NCBI GenBank assembly: GCA_036172245.1
Contig: JAYWIR010000023.1
Span: 1,426,001-1,490,000 of the forward strand
Length of the DNA: 64,000 nt
Reading direction: 5' to 3'
From: Raillietiella orientalis
Lineage: Eukaryota
Of this stretch, positions 51,079 through 62,819 are shown one piece after another (the stretch's first letter is position 1; the number at the start of each line of letters is the position of its first letter). The notes under the pieces were generated by a model that worked only from the letters and a program-made list of their open reading frames with translations, searched no databases and was not told the DNA's origin. The position numbers and the translations under genes are program-made.

Positions 51079-53565
51079 TAGGGAAGCAGAAAACTGTATG
51101 GAGCTCTTTGTTTTGGGAAATAAGTGAAATTTTCGTTTGGTTGGACTGATTGTCAAATTTCTTTCACTTCCACCGACAGCACCGTGCTTTTGGCTGACAT
51201 TGCGATTCTCCACTGGAAAACACTTTCATGAGCTTCTGACTCTCAGGAAGCGTAAACTTTCCCTATTCGTATAGAGGAAAGGTCCACGAATAAGGACATG
51301 AGGACGATGTTAATTTGTGAATTCAGCAGCCCCCTTCTTTGTCGAGAGTCTCGAAGCCCTCGGAAGGAGAGGAGACGGCACGTGAATTTAGAAATGGGTT
51401 TCAAGAACGGGGAAAAAAAAAAAAAAAAAAAAACGTCCGCAAGAAACCGATATGCCTGAAAGTACCTTGAATCTTCCAGTCGGGCAGTAAGATGTAATCC
51501 TTTAAGGCGTGATTCTGCATCTAGCTTTCGACACATGCAGCCGTGAAGATGATCGATATAATGGAGAAAACTGGAAAAGGTGTTTTTACTCCAATTTACA
51601 AAGCCATCTAAAGTTGCGAACGCTGCTTCGAGTCGCTCTTACTCGGTGTGCTCTTGTTTTCCGCGCAGAGATCTTCTCGAGCGATTTTGCTGCATTTCAA
51701 AGCATCTGAAAATCCGAAGCTCACAGGAAGTCTCGCTCATGCCTGTGCACTTGGTTTAGCAATGGTTTCCATTATTCTTTCATCAGGGATTTCTGTGTGA
51801 TAATAAAGAGGGAAGCACGTTAAAGGAATTCTCTTTAGGACCTCGGAAAGTCTGTTTACCCTGAATGGCTCTCCTTCACTCGAAAGGAAAGGAACAGATT
51901 CGCGGAGATTGGATCACGCATTCAGATGTTTCGATTTCACCATCCTGTGCTATCCATGTTTTTAATGATTCCACCTAGGGAATTCTAAATCTGTTTGTGA
52001 TTAGGGACGCGGAATACTGCGCACTGCTGCGACACATCAAGGTGAGATCGTTCCAAGATCGCAAATCTCGTTGGCGTTGATGGGAGCCACAAGTGAAATT
52101 GCTGCTATTGAGCGGATCTGACACGTGTCGAACCACTCTGATTCTGTGGAAATGGAACTGTTGATAGAGCAAACATATGGATCATAATGGCGAGGTGCGG
52201 TGATAGTGAGATTTCTGAGATGATCAGCGGCAGAAACTGGGGAGCATTTTTCCATGTAAGCTGTTCGGATGAACTCGATTTTTCACTTTAACGACGGATG
52301 CAGTGGCGATTCATGCTATTCAGTTTTTGGACCTGATGTTCAAGGAAATCATTTGTCCCTTTCCGATTTCTGAAAATTCAATTCGACGACTGTAAATTTC
52401 CAGGGTAACTGAATTCATCTCTTCGTTTGTCCTTGCTGCGTGAAGCTGCAGCTCGGCCGTGCGCTCGCTATCAGCTTTGCACGTTTGGTTTCCGTACCTC
52501 CACCAATAAAACCTTTGGTCTGCCTCGTAGATGTGCTCTCAGGGATGACTTCCACTTCGGTTTTGCTTGTCCCATGTCTGGTGCATTGCGAGCCAGGAAC
52601 TTTTTCCCCCCCGCTCCAGTCCTCCCTCCCGGCATTTCTAAAGTGTGATCCACGTCGTAGAGGATTCCAAGATCGGTAGAGGTGTTGTTGTTTTGCTCGC
52701 TCTACCATTCCACGATTGCAACACAGCTGCTCCAAAGTAGAGGGCATGGCCCCCCAATGTCGTTGGTCCATGGTGGTGGGTGCTCCGCAGAGGAATCGCA
52801 TGCTTCCTCTCGTGCTCGCTCCCGTGCTGCCCGTCACCCGCCGGAACGTCCCAACTCTTGTGCAGCTCTTGCTCTCGCCCTCACACGGAAACTGGAACCA
52901 GCGTTTCTGCTTCTTCCGTTTGGCCATTCCCTCCCGTAAATTTTTTCAGATGCTCGCACAGGAAGGAAACTCGCGGGGGCCAATAAGCGTCGGACTTTTT
53001 TTATTTTCATTTATTGGAAGCGACATTACAAATGGGCGCATTAAAAACGGACCTCGTTGGAAACGATATTTTTATTTCCTTCCTGTTCCTCGAAACGGGG
53101 CCCGAAAGGAAAACAGCAGAGAGAAAGATGTGCGGATGCGCTCCTCCGATGTTTATTTTTGTTTTCAATTTTAATTTTCCACAGGAAATCCATGCACATG
53201 AACCGTAATTTTATCTTTTAATTTTCAGACTATGCACAGCTTCCTGCTCGTGCTCTTTGGAAATGGTACAGTACTGTATGTTTCGGAATCTGTAGAGAAA
53301 TTGCTCGGTCATCAGCAGGTAAAATTAATCCTTCCTTCCTATTTTGAGAAATTTAATTACCTTGAGAATTCTGAAAGTGTCTAGGATACCCGGAGTCAGT
53401 GATGTCTCTTGTGTTCCCCCCTCCTTGATATACGAATTGATCACCGTACGAATGTTTCCTCCCATTTTCGCTTTGAAGCTGCATGCAATCTTTACGAAAT
53501 GAAAACTGATGAAACGATCGTTTCTTGCTATGGACTGCTTGCATGCTGAAGGCAAAAAGCCGGAA

Positions 53566-53601
<36 letters not shown>

Positions 53602-56600
53602 GGAAGAGAAAAGAGGAAAGAAATCCGCTCGCTTCGTGAATAAAGTCCGCCCTCAGCTCATTAAAATGACGAAGGCGCGAATCAAACTGCAAAGTTCTTT
53701 ACTTGCCATCATCATGTGCCAGCTGGTAATATTGAGTTCACCTTCAGAAACGGAAAATACTTCTAGACTCGAGTTCTTGATTCCCTGCATCTATTTTTCC
53801 TAGTGGAGGAAGTAGTCTAGACAGAGGAGGCGGTAATCGTGCGGGATGACGGCCTCCGCGAGAGATCCGAGCATTCTTCCGCAGTGGATCCGATGTGCCC
53901 TGCGAACCGCGTTGTGGCATTCCGAAGAGGCACCCGAGTCGCTCCGAATCCGTTACTAAGCCTCCGAAACTTCCAGCTATCTTCCTTACTCTCCAGATTT
54001 TGGCACGGCCCTCCATCCTCCAGGATTTCTAAATTTGGATGTCTTATCCGAAAGAATCCTCGAGCTGAACTTTTGATCACGAGGGCCGTTTATCCACGCA
54101 AAAATAATTTTCCGGGATGACCCGGGCGAATCTCGACTTAAGTGGATTGCTCCCTCCTCGCGTTACGAGCTCCATGTGCAACACGCAAGAGAACCGCCTC
54201 TTGCAGCGCTCCCCGATCTGTGAAAGGACGAAGCAACCGGCAGATGCGCTTCGGATCGCACAGAATCCTCCCGGCTGCTTCTGTCTCCTCCACTTTGATT
54301 CAATTTTCAGCTGAGTTGTCGACCGGAGATTTCCCCTCGTTCGTTCACACTGGTGGTTTTTCCCGAATCCTCTCTTGATTTCGTTCTTCCTTTCAGAATC
54401 ACCTTCTTTTTTATTTTCGGGTCCACCTCGGGTCTATCCTACGTAAAGTGGTGCCAGCGTTTCGCCTAAGGATCTGGAATTGGATCACTCATTTCAATAG
54501 CTGCTTTCCAACGCAGTCGAGTCGATTGGAAACGCGGCACTCGAGGCTGGCTGGACCCGCGCCATCAAACTGGAAGGTCGCAAGGAACGATCCCATGGGT
54601 GCGATGAGTAATGGAAAGAGAAATTCGGCTTGCTTCTTGGTTCGGCCTTCTTCAGATCCGCTACTGCTTTAAATGTTGACTCTTCCTGTCGATAGCTCCC
54701 TGTGGATTTCACGCTCAGAGAAACTTCGCTCGTGTAGGAAACGGGGAGAAGCGAAGACGATCGCATTTTATTTTTGTTGCAAACCCCATGCTGTGAAGGA
54801 TCGAACTCAAATTTCGGTCCAGATGTTCCTTCGAAGAACCACCAGTGTTCTTGGAACAGAACTACATTGCATATCTTAGTGCCTGCTGTTGAGACTGAAG
54901 TGATCCTGTTGAAGGTATATTTCTTAGCTGTTTAAAACGGAAGTCGAGTTCGAAACGAGTGCCAGTAGTATGGTACAGTAGTGTTAACTAGTAGGCAGAA
55001 AGAGAATCACATTTGGTGCTAAAGGGTGACGTGGCATTTTAGATGAAAAGAGGATGCTGTTTAGGCCGAAGAAGCACCGTAGAGAAACGAATGGACCAAG
55101 ATGTCTGCAGCCACGTCTCTTCTTTAATCTTTCAATGCTGTAAGCGGGATGATGTAAATAGCGTGTTTCTGGTCCCCCGACTTAATGATCCCAAACCGGG
55201 ATGCTTTGTTCTCCGAATTTCTCGGAATTCATGCAGCCGGATGTATTTCAATCTGAATTTGCAGGACAATTTTTAGTGCTGTTACCAGCATCCCGAACGG
55301 CGAGATTCTGAACCTAAATTTATTGCCCAATATGGATCCAACTCTTCCGGGACACCGAGTCACTTTCTCACAATTTCATTCCTTCTGGTAGTTCGCAGAT
55401 TTTTAGGCTAGCGCATAAAAGAAAGATTGTAACCCGCTGCTGGACCGCCTTTACTGCGATAGATCGGCAGCATCCTTAAAATCGTTTGTAAGCTGAAGTT
55501 GTTGGTGACAGTTTATTTATTTCGTCGTCTGTGACAAAAGCCAAATCCTAATAAATTTGTCACCTTTATTCAGGGAGGAAGTTTTCCGCTCAATGGCCAA
55601 TCTCATAGAGGGCATCCTCAACGACGGATAATGAGGATTCTTCACTCGAGACTATCTTTTGAAAATTATCCTGGCCAATTTTCGAAGTTAAGATGGTTCG
55701 GGGGGAGGGGGGAGAAACACGCTGTGAAAAACCAAAAGAATAACATAAAATGTCCTCTGTCAGACTGATGGTCGTTCCTCATAAGTCGTACCGTCGCAAC
55801 TGGTGTGCCGCGAAATCGCAGACGTGACACGTTGATTAGTTACACACAGCTTTCAGTGTTTCTTGTTTGCATCACCGTGATGGTGCCGCGAAGAGAGACT
55901 TGGTTCGGATGTGCGACGTTCTGATGCTATTTTCGTGGATGCTTATGGCGGATCTGCTATCAAATGGGACAGGAAAGAGTTCCCCCTTCCGAAATACCGT
56001 GTTTCAGAAAGCGTGCACACCAGGAGGCGTGCACGCAGATCTCTCGTAATGCCTCGGAACCGGTAAACAATTTTTCGATCAGCTGTGGGAGGAATTTCGA
56101 TCACAGAACGAAGAATCGATAAACAAGAGAACGAAATGGGATGCAGGATTGGACAGCCAGGAAAAAAGACTCCTATGCTGAGCTCGGTCCTTTCTTAAAA
56201 GTGCATTTTTGGCGGGGGAGAAGCACAGCCTTTCGTGTCAGCGAGGCGTGCACACCAATCAAAGCCAAATTCGAGAAAAAGTGGCCTTTCTCGTTGCGTC
56301 ATAGACTGAGCAGCAGTCGGTTTGGATTGGTAGACTAGAATTTATCTCTAGAGACGTTCCAAGTCGAGTAAGCAGTGCTCATCCAGCTTGGTCACGCCGG
56401 GCTATTTCGGAAAGCCACCTTAAAACGCGGGAAACTCGTATGTGGACTGGGAGAATCAGCTTCCTTGGATTCAGCAGAATAAGTGGAACAGCTCGAAGAA
56501 CAGGAAATTTTTCTCATCGCAGCATAACTAGTTCTGGTACTGTGTGCATATTCCTGTGCATATCTGCATCCAGCGTCTGCATCCTTGTGAATGGGGTAAA

Positions 56601-59600
56601 AAGCAATGCTGATCATGCAGAGGGCCTCGAAACAGCTGACGGAACTCGGTGAAAATGCCACCTCCTGGGTATCGAGGACATCCGAACTTTTCAGTCAGTC
56701 TCATCCTGGTCACTAGGGAAAAACTGGTCTGTTTTGGAGTTCCCTTACTTCTCTGAGCTTTGGTTCATCTCTTGCCTTTACTGGTTTCAGCGTTCCATCG
56801 TTTTCCGAACTTGTCTTCTTGCTGGCATGATGTAGGCATCTTCTTCCGCTGTTTGTTTATTCTTATTTCCATATTCCATTGATTATTACTGCTCCTGCTT
56901 GATGAAAGTGACAACACAATACTGCCAGCATACTTCTTCGTCGATGGCCCCACGGCTACAGTCGTCTTCTGCACTTGTTTTCCATCCTGTTTTGTTCGTT
57001 CGTTCGTTTGTTTTTCTCTTTATTCTTTTTTCAATTGCGCATTTTGCAAGTAACCTGAAGGGTAACATTTTTTAAGTACCAAGACGCAGTAGTACTCCAC
57101 CCTACAACGCGTTGCCACCGAGGGAGTGTCCACTGCCTCCTTGAACCGAGCGAGAAACACGCATCTCAGCACTGAACACGCATATGGTGAATCTAGCGAA
57201 TGGTTGGGAAGTGAGACATCAGAAATCACGAGAAATAAGAACACTCTTGTGACATTTCAAATTCTCAGGGCACGCTTTGAAAGGAATTTTCTGTTTTATA
57301 GGAAATCAAGTGTGGATTGTTTTTAAAATGTTAGTGACGTTTCTTCTCTTCTAGTGCCTGTTAGTGTACAGTATACAGGGTGCAGCAGTGTTTTGTAAGG
57401 CCAGAAAAGATTCAGGTAAGAGAAAGAGTGACTTTCCAATAGAGAATTGCGATGCTCGATATTCAATATTAGAAAGGGATGTTTGGAAAGGATCCATGCA
57501 AGAATTCGTGGACTCTTTGTATTTTGTTAACACGTGTGAGTTATATGGGAATCGTTGCGTCGCTTCACACAACGAAAATGAAAATGAAAAAAAAAAAAAA
57601 AAAACGCAAAGGATATCGGAATTGCGGCAAAGAACTGTCCAGAGAGAGTTTCAAATCGGGCCTTGACCTCCAGAATGGAAAAACCGGAAAGACTTAATTT
57701 GCTTTGGTAATTGCTGTACTTGCTAACCTTGAGATAATTGCACAGGCATTCTTTGATTGATTACGAATAGACAACAGCATCGATAAACTTGTCAGTGGTA
57801 TATAAAAGGCACAGTATATACAAAGCAAGGTACAAGGTCTCATGACCACATGGTTGTTGTAAAAAGCGATAGGTTTTTCTCCGACAATTAGCGATGATTT
57901 CATGGAGACTGGTTCGCATGTTTTTCAGTTATGTGTATCACGTCATACATGTGCATCTATGTCCACCTGTATATGCACACACGTGCACACTTCATGCATG
58001 TGCATGTTCAGTACAAGCATATGTGCAGGATCTATGTTTTCAATAGTCATTGTGTATGTACGCCGCGTCTCCTCCCCAAACCCTTCAGTTGTGAGCATGC
58101 ACACAAGCACGGCACGTATGTGTAGTGTACACATGCATCATGCTAGTAGGTAATCTGAGAACTCATTTCTTCGGTTCCCAGCAGCTCTTTCCCTTACCCT
58201 TGCTTTGTGTTTGCCCTCCTCCTCGCCTTCTCTTTTTGGTTTCCTTGTGTGCCAACCCATCCGATTCTGCTCCCTCGCCCGTCGTCGGCTGCCCCCTCGC
58301 ATCGGTGCATCCGCTGTTCGCATCTTCTCTTCCTTTGCACCATCGGGGTTTCTCACGGCAGCCTGCCGGAACCTCAGCGCCCCGAGTCTCGGTGCGCCGT
58401 GGCCCGAGCCTGTGTGGGAATGGGATAGGGGGTGAGAGAGAAACAGCAAGTTTTGGTGACGGAAGAGCGGGACACAGAAAGGAAACCTTGGAACGGGTTG
58501 CGAAAAGAATGCGGTGAGCGGAGGAGGAGCAAAGCGTGCACGTCGCATCTGGACTGGGCCTGCTTATGGAATCCCGACCGGCGTTTCGGGAATCGTGAGG
58601 GAATGGTTTCTTTGCACCTCGACCGATGAAGATGCCTGGAGACATCCCTCCTTTCGTCTAACATCGGAAGAGTACTCGATGTTTGCGAATAGCTCGACAG
58701 GCGGATGTAAAAGTAGCTGAGGTTTCCGGTTGCGAAAAGAGACGAAGCCGTGAGGTGGAAGGAGCGGCTCCTTTCAGGAACATGGTTGCCAGCACAAGCG
58801 ATCGGAACACTTGCGAAGAACCGCGCTACACTTGAGATTTCTGCCTCCAGAAGAAGGAATGCTGGCAGAGTGCAGAAGCGAGTTGGGAAAAGGCCCGTTT
58901 GCTATCTTTGGGAGACTCGGATGTTTAGGGACTGGAGCTATGCAAATGGGGGCAGCTCAACAGAGCCATCCTGAGAGTGGTCGCGGAGGGGCGAAACCCG
59001 ATGACTCAGTCGAAATCCGTGTGCCTTGTCATGGTTTTGGTCAAGCTCGGCGTAACGATGGAATTGCTCATTCTGGGACGTCTTGGACGTCGAACGCTGC
59101 CAGGGAACCCCAGGATTGCTAAATAGATCTACGTCTTTTGCCCTTTCGGTTCATCCAAGTTCCGAATTTCTATGGACCTGTGCGTAAGGTCCCATTCCAC
59201 CACTTGTCTCGTCCGCCTTCTTCCGTTTTGCCGCAGTCGGCGTCCTTGCAGTCCACTACCTGCCTCCTGATTACCTTGTTTCAATCTGTTCTGATGAGGA
59301 AACTTGTTCCGAAAGAGTTTCCTTTTTTTTGCGGTTTTATGGGGATTTTCAAAAAATCTCAGACGGCCGCCGTAACGAATGTTCCTTGCGTCCTCTCTTT
59401 GATGGCTTTGGTTCGGTGTTTTCCTTCCTCGTCTTCTTCTAATCAATGCGTTTTCTAACCATTGCAAAAGTGAAAGAAATTTTGCGAAGAGAAATTCCCC
59501 TCTCTTCAGCAAACAATCGAGAATGCGTTTCTCTTGCACGAGAGACGAACTCACTTCTTCTTGCGCATATCTGCTTACTTGTTTCCCATGTGAATTTGTT

Positions 59601-59730
59601 CCTTTTCTAAAGAAAAATGATTCCTGTTGCCAACAGAATGATCTGCTGAACATCCACATCTATCGCATCGTCCACCCCAAGGATTACGCCATCCTGAAGC
59701 AGAACCTGGACCCTTCGTTCCGAGTTTCCG
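31919..59730 (+). CDS. Met: Spliced bHLH-PAS transcription factor, Methoprene-tolerant-like; 3'-partial, join(31919..32016,37182..37348,48744..48823,53229..53318,59637..59730)
   Basis: Five exons with AG acceptors and GT donors and matching intron phases (2,1,0,0; last donor phase 1) give an open 176-aa frame: MSEDDALGSSDFNDAPEGYESYISDLYSQQMTSSTKEMRVRAEKKRRDRMKKSIDLIGNILPNVKRAPKRPDKISILRLAANYIMLHQNLETQLNDSRMKWPFIIQKFFAEQYEKTMHSFLLVLFGNGTVLYVSESVEKLLGHQQNDLLNIHIYRIVHPKDYAILKQNLDPSFRVS. EMRxxAEKxRRD...PKRxDKxSILRLAAxY matches the Met/Gce bHLH as I recall it; FLLVL..G.VLYVSESVE.LLGH.Q.DL....Y..VHP.D...L.QNL is PAS-A. Orthology is from motif recall, not a search. Confidence 0.85.
32550..33780 (+). 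mobile_element. hAT transposase central relic
   Basis: 'LFEAIARILEEEKL', 'FHLGALSHWADMPVNCVS' and 'ERFEHGVFETALSTLLSDHLRF' (cf. FR..F...LD..I..L..RF). Confidence 0.45.
33815..35280 (-). mobile_element. hAT transposase relic with dimerisation domain
   Basis: 'IATYNGRDWSEGK' (cf. GQ.YDGA.NMSGK) and C-terminal 'ALHPHSVCTSRKSALRILLKRRTRMLSTAMPSNLSNF' (cf. PVSSAS.ERSFS.L...KT.LRSTM...RLS.L). Confidence 0.55.
37182..37348 (+). CDS. Met: Met-like bHLH exon
   Basis: Acceptor ttctcttatctttcag, donor A|gtgagt. Encodes STKEMRVRAEKKRRDRMKKSIDLIGNILPNVKRAPKRPDKISILRLAANYIMLHQ, a complete basic helix-loop-helix domain. Confidence 0.93.
40363..40395. repeat. (AC)16 microsatellite
   Basis: Directly visible perfect dinucleotide run. 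Confidence 0.95.
40460..42750 (-). mobile_element. Penelope-like element relic (RT and linker towards GIY-YIG)
   Basis: 'PPLAKVHKE' (cf. YGLPKIHK), 'GKYCMPIG', 'LSLLEI...STGKLL...TKKGI' and 'EKLASIVRSVLERKKVRRCFK' in Penelope order. Confidence 0.6.
46750..47750 (-). mobile_element. Penelope-like RT N-terminal relic
   Basis: 'TEEKALQRFL...GAFGLPKR..VSL', then 'IDDATATVI...TLFCNR..LQM'. Confidence 0.4.
48744..48823 (+). CDS. Met: Met-like bHLH-to-PAS-A linker exon
   Basis: Acceptor tttttctatttgcag, strong donor AAG|gtaagg. The 80 nt convert phase 1 to phase 0 as required between the flanking exons: (N)LETQLNDSRMKWPFIIQKFFAEQYEK. Confidence 0.8.
50377..50395. repeat. (TG)9 microsatellite
   Basis: Directly visible. 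Confidence 0.9.
51030..51078. repeat. T24-A25 homopolymer palindrome
   Basis: A run of T directly followed by a run of A. Confidence 0.9.
52000..52930 (-). mobile_element. BEL/Pao gag-protease relic
   Basis: 'KKQKRWFQFPCEGESKSC', 'PGSQCT...TKGFIGGGT' (cf. DSGSQ.S...I.GFGG) and 'DLRSWNDL'. Confidence 0.4.
53229..53318 (+). CDS. Met: Met-like PAS-A exon (first strands)
   Basis: Acceptor ttttaattttcag, donor CAG|gtaaaa, 90 nt: TMHSFLLVLFGNGTVLYVSESVEKLLGHQQ, typical PAS-A start. Absent from the ORF track because it is too short. Confidence 0.92.
53850..54800 (+). mobile_element. P/THAP9-like transposase fragment
   Basis: 'DPMCPANRVVAF...APNPLLSLRNF' (cf. HP..P.R.I..F.D.PHLLK..RN), 'LITRAVYPRKNNF' and 'WNWITHFNS'. 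Confidence 0.45.
56150..56750 (+). mobile_element. LINE reverse transcriptase fragment
   Basis: 'ISFLGFSR' and 'SSVCILVNGVKSNADHAEGLE' (cf. V.VNG..S..F....GLRQG). Confidence 0.45.
57380..57900 (+). mobile_element. hAT transposase fragment
   Basis: 'FPIENCDARYS...GSMQ...VNTCELYGNRCVASH' (cf. L.I.NCRGQ.YD...G.....N..A.Y.PC.AH). Confidence 0.35.
57930..58145. repeat. Low-complexity alternating purine/pyrimidine (ATGC/CA/TG) tract
   Basis: Degenerate atgcac/gtgcat/catatg repeats. Confidence 0.7.
58800..59460 (+). mobile_element. hAT transposase relic
   Basis: 'ELGKGPFAI', 'VPFHHL' and 'LFQSVLMRKLVPKEFPFFC...CVLSLMALVR' (cf. YF..S.KR...L.EFQ.F...TRWLSL...V.R). Confidence 0.5.
59637..59730 (+). 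CDS. Met: Met-like PAS-A exon (continuation)
   Basis: Acceptor ttcctgttgccaacag, donor G|gttggt. NDLLNIHIYRIVHPKDYAILKQNLDPSFRVS contains the PAS 'DL...I...VHP.D...L..NL' pattern. Confidence 0.88.
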
Positions 59731-62700
59731 GTTGGTACCGATTTCAATTTGAAAGCCGTGTGATTACCCTTTGCCTTCTAATTTAGAGAGGAGGGAGTTC
59801 AAATGCCGTTTGCTGGAAAGAGCGTTCGTGCGCTCGGATCCCGGACGTTGCATCATGATGTCTTTCCAAGGAGTGCTGACCAGAACAACTCAGAAGAGCA
59901 CCATTCCCAAAAGTAAGCCTGGTCCATCTCTCTCGCGTGCCCTTTTCGCCTTCTGCCGAGGCATTCCGCTGTCAGGCAAGCTCGCCGAAGCCTCATCCCG
60001 TCTGGCGGTACCCTGATCTTCGGGATCCTGCATCTGTGAACATCTGCCGATTCGCATCGCTTCGGTACCCAGACTCACATGATGCCTCCCGTTGATGTTT
60101 TCGATTCTGCCACAGCGCTGTAGTTACGCGCGCATAAGAAAAGGTGCAAACAGTTTGCGTTCTTGGGTCTGACGTCAGCGCGCGCTCGTGAGGGTTCTGT
60201 GCACGGCTCCCCTGTCTGCAACACAACCTTGCTCATCTCGTTCGCCGGAAGATGCTTTCCGAATACTTAAGTGAGTGGTAAACCGCTGCTTCCCTCGAGA
60301 TGTCTTTGATTTTAGCACGACTTCTTAATCTGTATCGCGATGCCAAGTCCGATCCTCAACCCAGTTCCCCGAATTCGGGACTCCGGTGTTTTCTTTGCGT
60401 GCGCTCCCTGTTGTTTGTTTTTGTTTGTTTGCTTGTTTTCAAAAAAAAAGAAAAAAAAAAGGAAGCTTTTGGAACTTCATTGAAATCCGAAGCACCAGGC
60501 GGAAAAATCTGCGCCGTTGTTTTCCGGAAGCGAGAGGATCACCATCCGCCTCCGGAGGAGGCGATGATTCGAGACGAAACGGGGGTGCTGCAAAAAGGAA
60601 GGCGTCCCCCGGAATCTCGCACTGAATCCCTTGCTCACAAGTTCTGGGAACAGGCGACCTGGGCTTCCAGTCTGTTCATCCAGAAAGGGCCATCTCTGGC
60701 CCAGCGAGCCCTGTTGGCCTCTTCGGTTCGTGCCAGGCAGTCGAGCGGGGAAAGCCACACAGGAGCTCGTGAGCCTTCCCGAATCACGCGCGTCCCTAAC
60801 ACGAGGTTTTTTTTTTTCCGGATTTGACAAAATTTTAATTAAGAGAATTCATGACTTCATTCCGTACACTAAAAAGTTGGAAAGTTTTTTAATTTTCGGG
60901 TTTTTAGTGTTGGTTACAGCAGATTTATGGTGCTCGGTATTTTTAATTAATCTCCGGATGGCTGGAAGCTGGGAGGCTTCATCGGGAAGGGTAGAACTTT
61001 GGGGGGAAAGATCCCTGCACACGTCTATCGATCGACCCGGCTACGCAGAGGTGGCTTGTTCTCCTTGTTCGGAGTCTTCCGGTAAATTCCCTAAATAAAT
61101 AACCCAATAAAGCCTGTGGCTTATTTAATCGTGATATCACTTTCAATCCACGGAGGAATTCGCGCTTCCCACATTTGATACCCGCTGCATTCGGGCAGGC
61201 ACGCTTCTGGGCAGTTCGGCCTTCTTATGGCGGAGGAGTTGTTTCAAATTGCAGCGGAATCGGGGAGGTGCAAACAAAACAAGGCGTGCGTTGTTTCGGT
61301 AATGAGCCTCCGCCGTAAACGGCACGGCGCCTCGCTGGTTTCCTGATTGCGCGGGGACAGCACGGGAAAAAAGGAACAACGAGGGGTTCCTTGTTCGGTC
61401 CAAGCGAGAGCGGCACTCTTGGCTCTCGAGCGCCGAAGAGCATTCGTCTGGAGTGGTCCTGCGTACGCCTGGAGCGAAAGAGCGGTGGGGCTTGGTGCTA
61501 GGCAGGCGTTCCGCCCGTCCGAACGCAGACGCCAGGACTGGGAAGGACCAGCTCTTCCCTTGCTAGGTCGTCAAGGTTGCTTCCGCATGTGCGTTTCTGG
61601 GCTGCCGCTTCACGATTTTGTGGAACACGCGTGAGGTGTTGCGGCTCGTGCCTCATTGGTCCTTCCCGTGTTTCGTGTTTGGTGGTTATCGATTTTTCTT
61701 GTTTTCGCTGAGCAGAGAACTTCCGAGTTTCCTGTTCCCTAACGCCAGCACAACCCCATGGAAATTTTCAGCCGTCTTCATCAAACAGCAACTGCAGTGT
61801 TTCACTCCAAAGATTCTTTCTTTCTTCTTAAAAAAAAGAATGTTTGGTTTTCTTTTACCCGTTTGACACATCTCGCCCTCTTCAAAACGCTGCTAAAGAA
61901 ATGTTTACTAAACACAAAAAGTCGAAAGGAGAAACTTGCAAACTTCTGCGCATGAAGGGACAACCCTTTTTTTTTTTTTTCCTTTTTTCAATAACCTCTC
62001 CTATAAAGTTCTCGTGCACTGCGTTGCACAATCGAGCTTGAAATGGAACGTCTCGCTAACGGAAACGAGTCGCAAGGAAGATGCAGGCCGGGATGCTTTT
62101 TCCAAAGGAATCCCAGATCTGTCTTTGTTCTTCCAAGTGTGTCCAGTTTATTCATCCTGCGCTTAAGTGGAGTAATATCCGGGAGCTGACGGGGAGGAGG
62201 CCAACTCCCTTTGTGCAGGTGGAAGAACGCGGGCTGCAGAGCGAGCATGTCGTCACACGACTGTGACCACAGGAAATTGCTGGAGAAGGCGCCGGTTCTT
62301 TATCTCCGCCGCCGAAGCCGGAATGCAGGAGCAGCAGCTACGTGCGCGGCGCGAAGGTAGCGAGCGCGGCGTGCATGCGTGCGAGTTCCTTGAACTGCAC
62401 AGACACTCGCGTCCCCGAATCAGTTCGCCTGGCACTTTGGTCGGCTGCAGATCGGATGCGCGAGCCACATCTCCCCTCTGATCTCCTGTCCCTTCCCCCT
62501 CCCCCCGTCAGCCCCTCGATCTACGGCAGCAGGGCGCAAGGTCCGTCAAACAGCATCCACACAAACCGTCTCCACGGAGACGGGGACCCGCAGCATGAGA
62601 GGAAATTGGGGGAGGCTGCTTAGGTAGCCGCGGTGACGGAGGAAAAACCTCCTCTCCTGTCCTAGGTTCAGGGGAGCAGCGTGCCGGGATTGAGTGGAGA

Positions 62701-62819
62701 GACAAAGAGAGGGGAAAGAAAAGAAAAAAAAAAAAGGAAAAGTTTTGTAGTCAGGGAGAAACTGGTTAATAAAAATATGCTGGTTCTTTAGAGACGAAAG
62801 ATAAGGATCGCTCTTTCCT

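Noticed and set aside
59291..59325. Hammerhead-like CTGATGA-GGAA..TTCC-GAAA
   Set aside because: The core and stem II are present, but no stem I partner or viable stem III; it lies inside a hAT coding relic, so probably chance.
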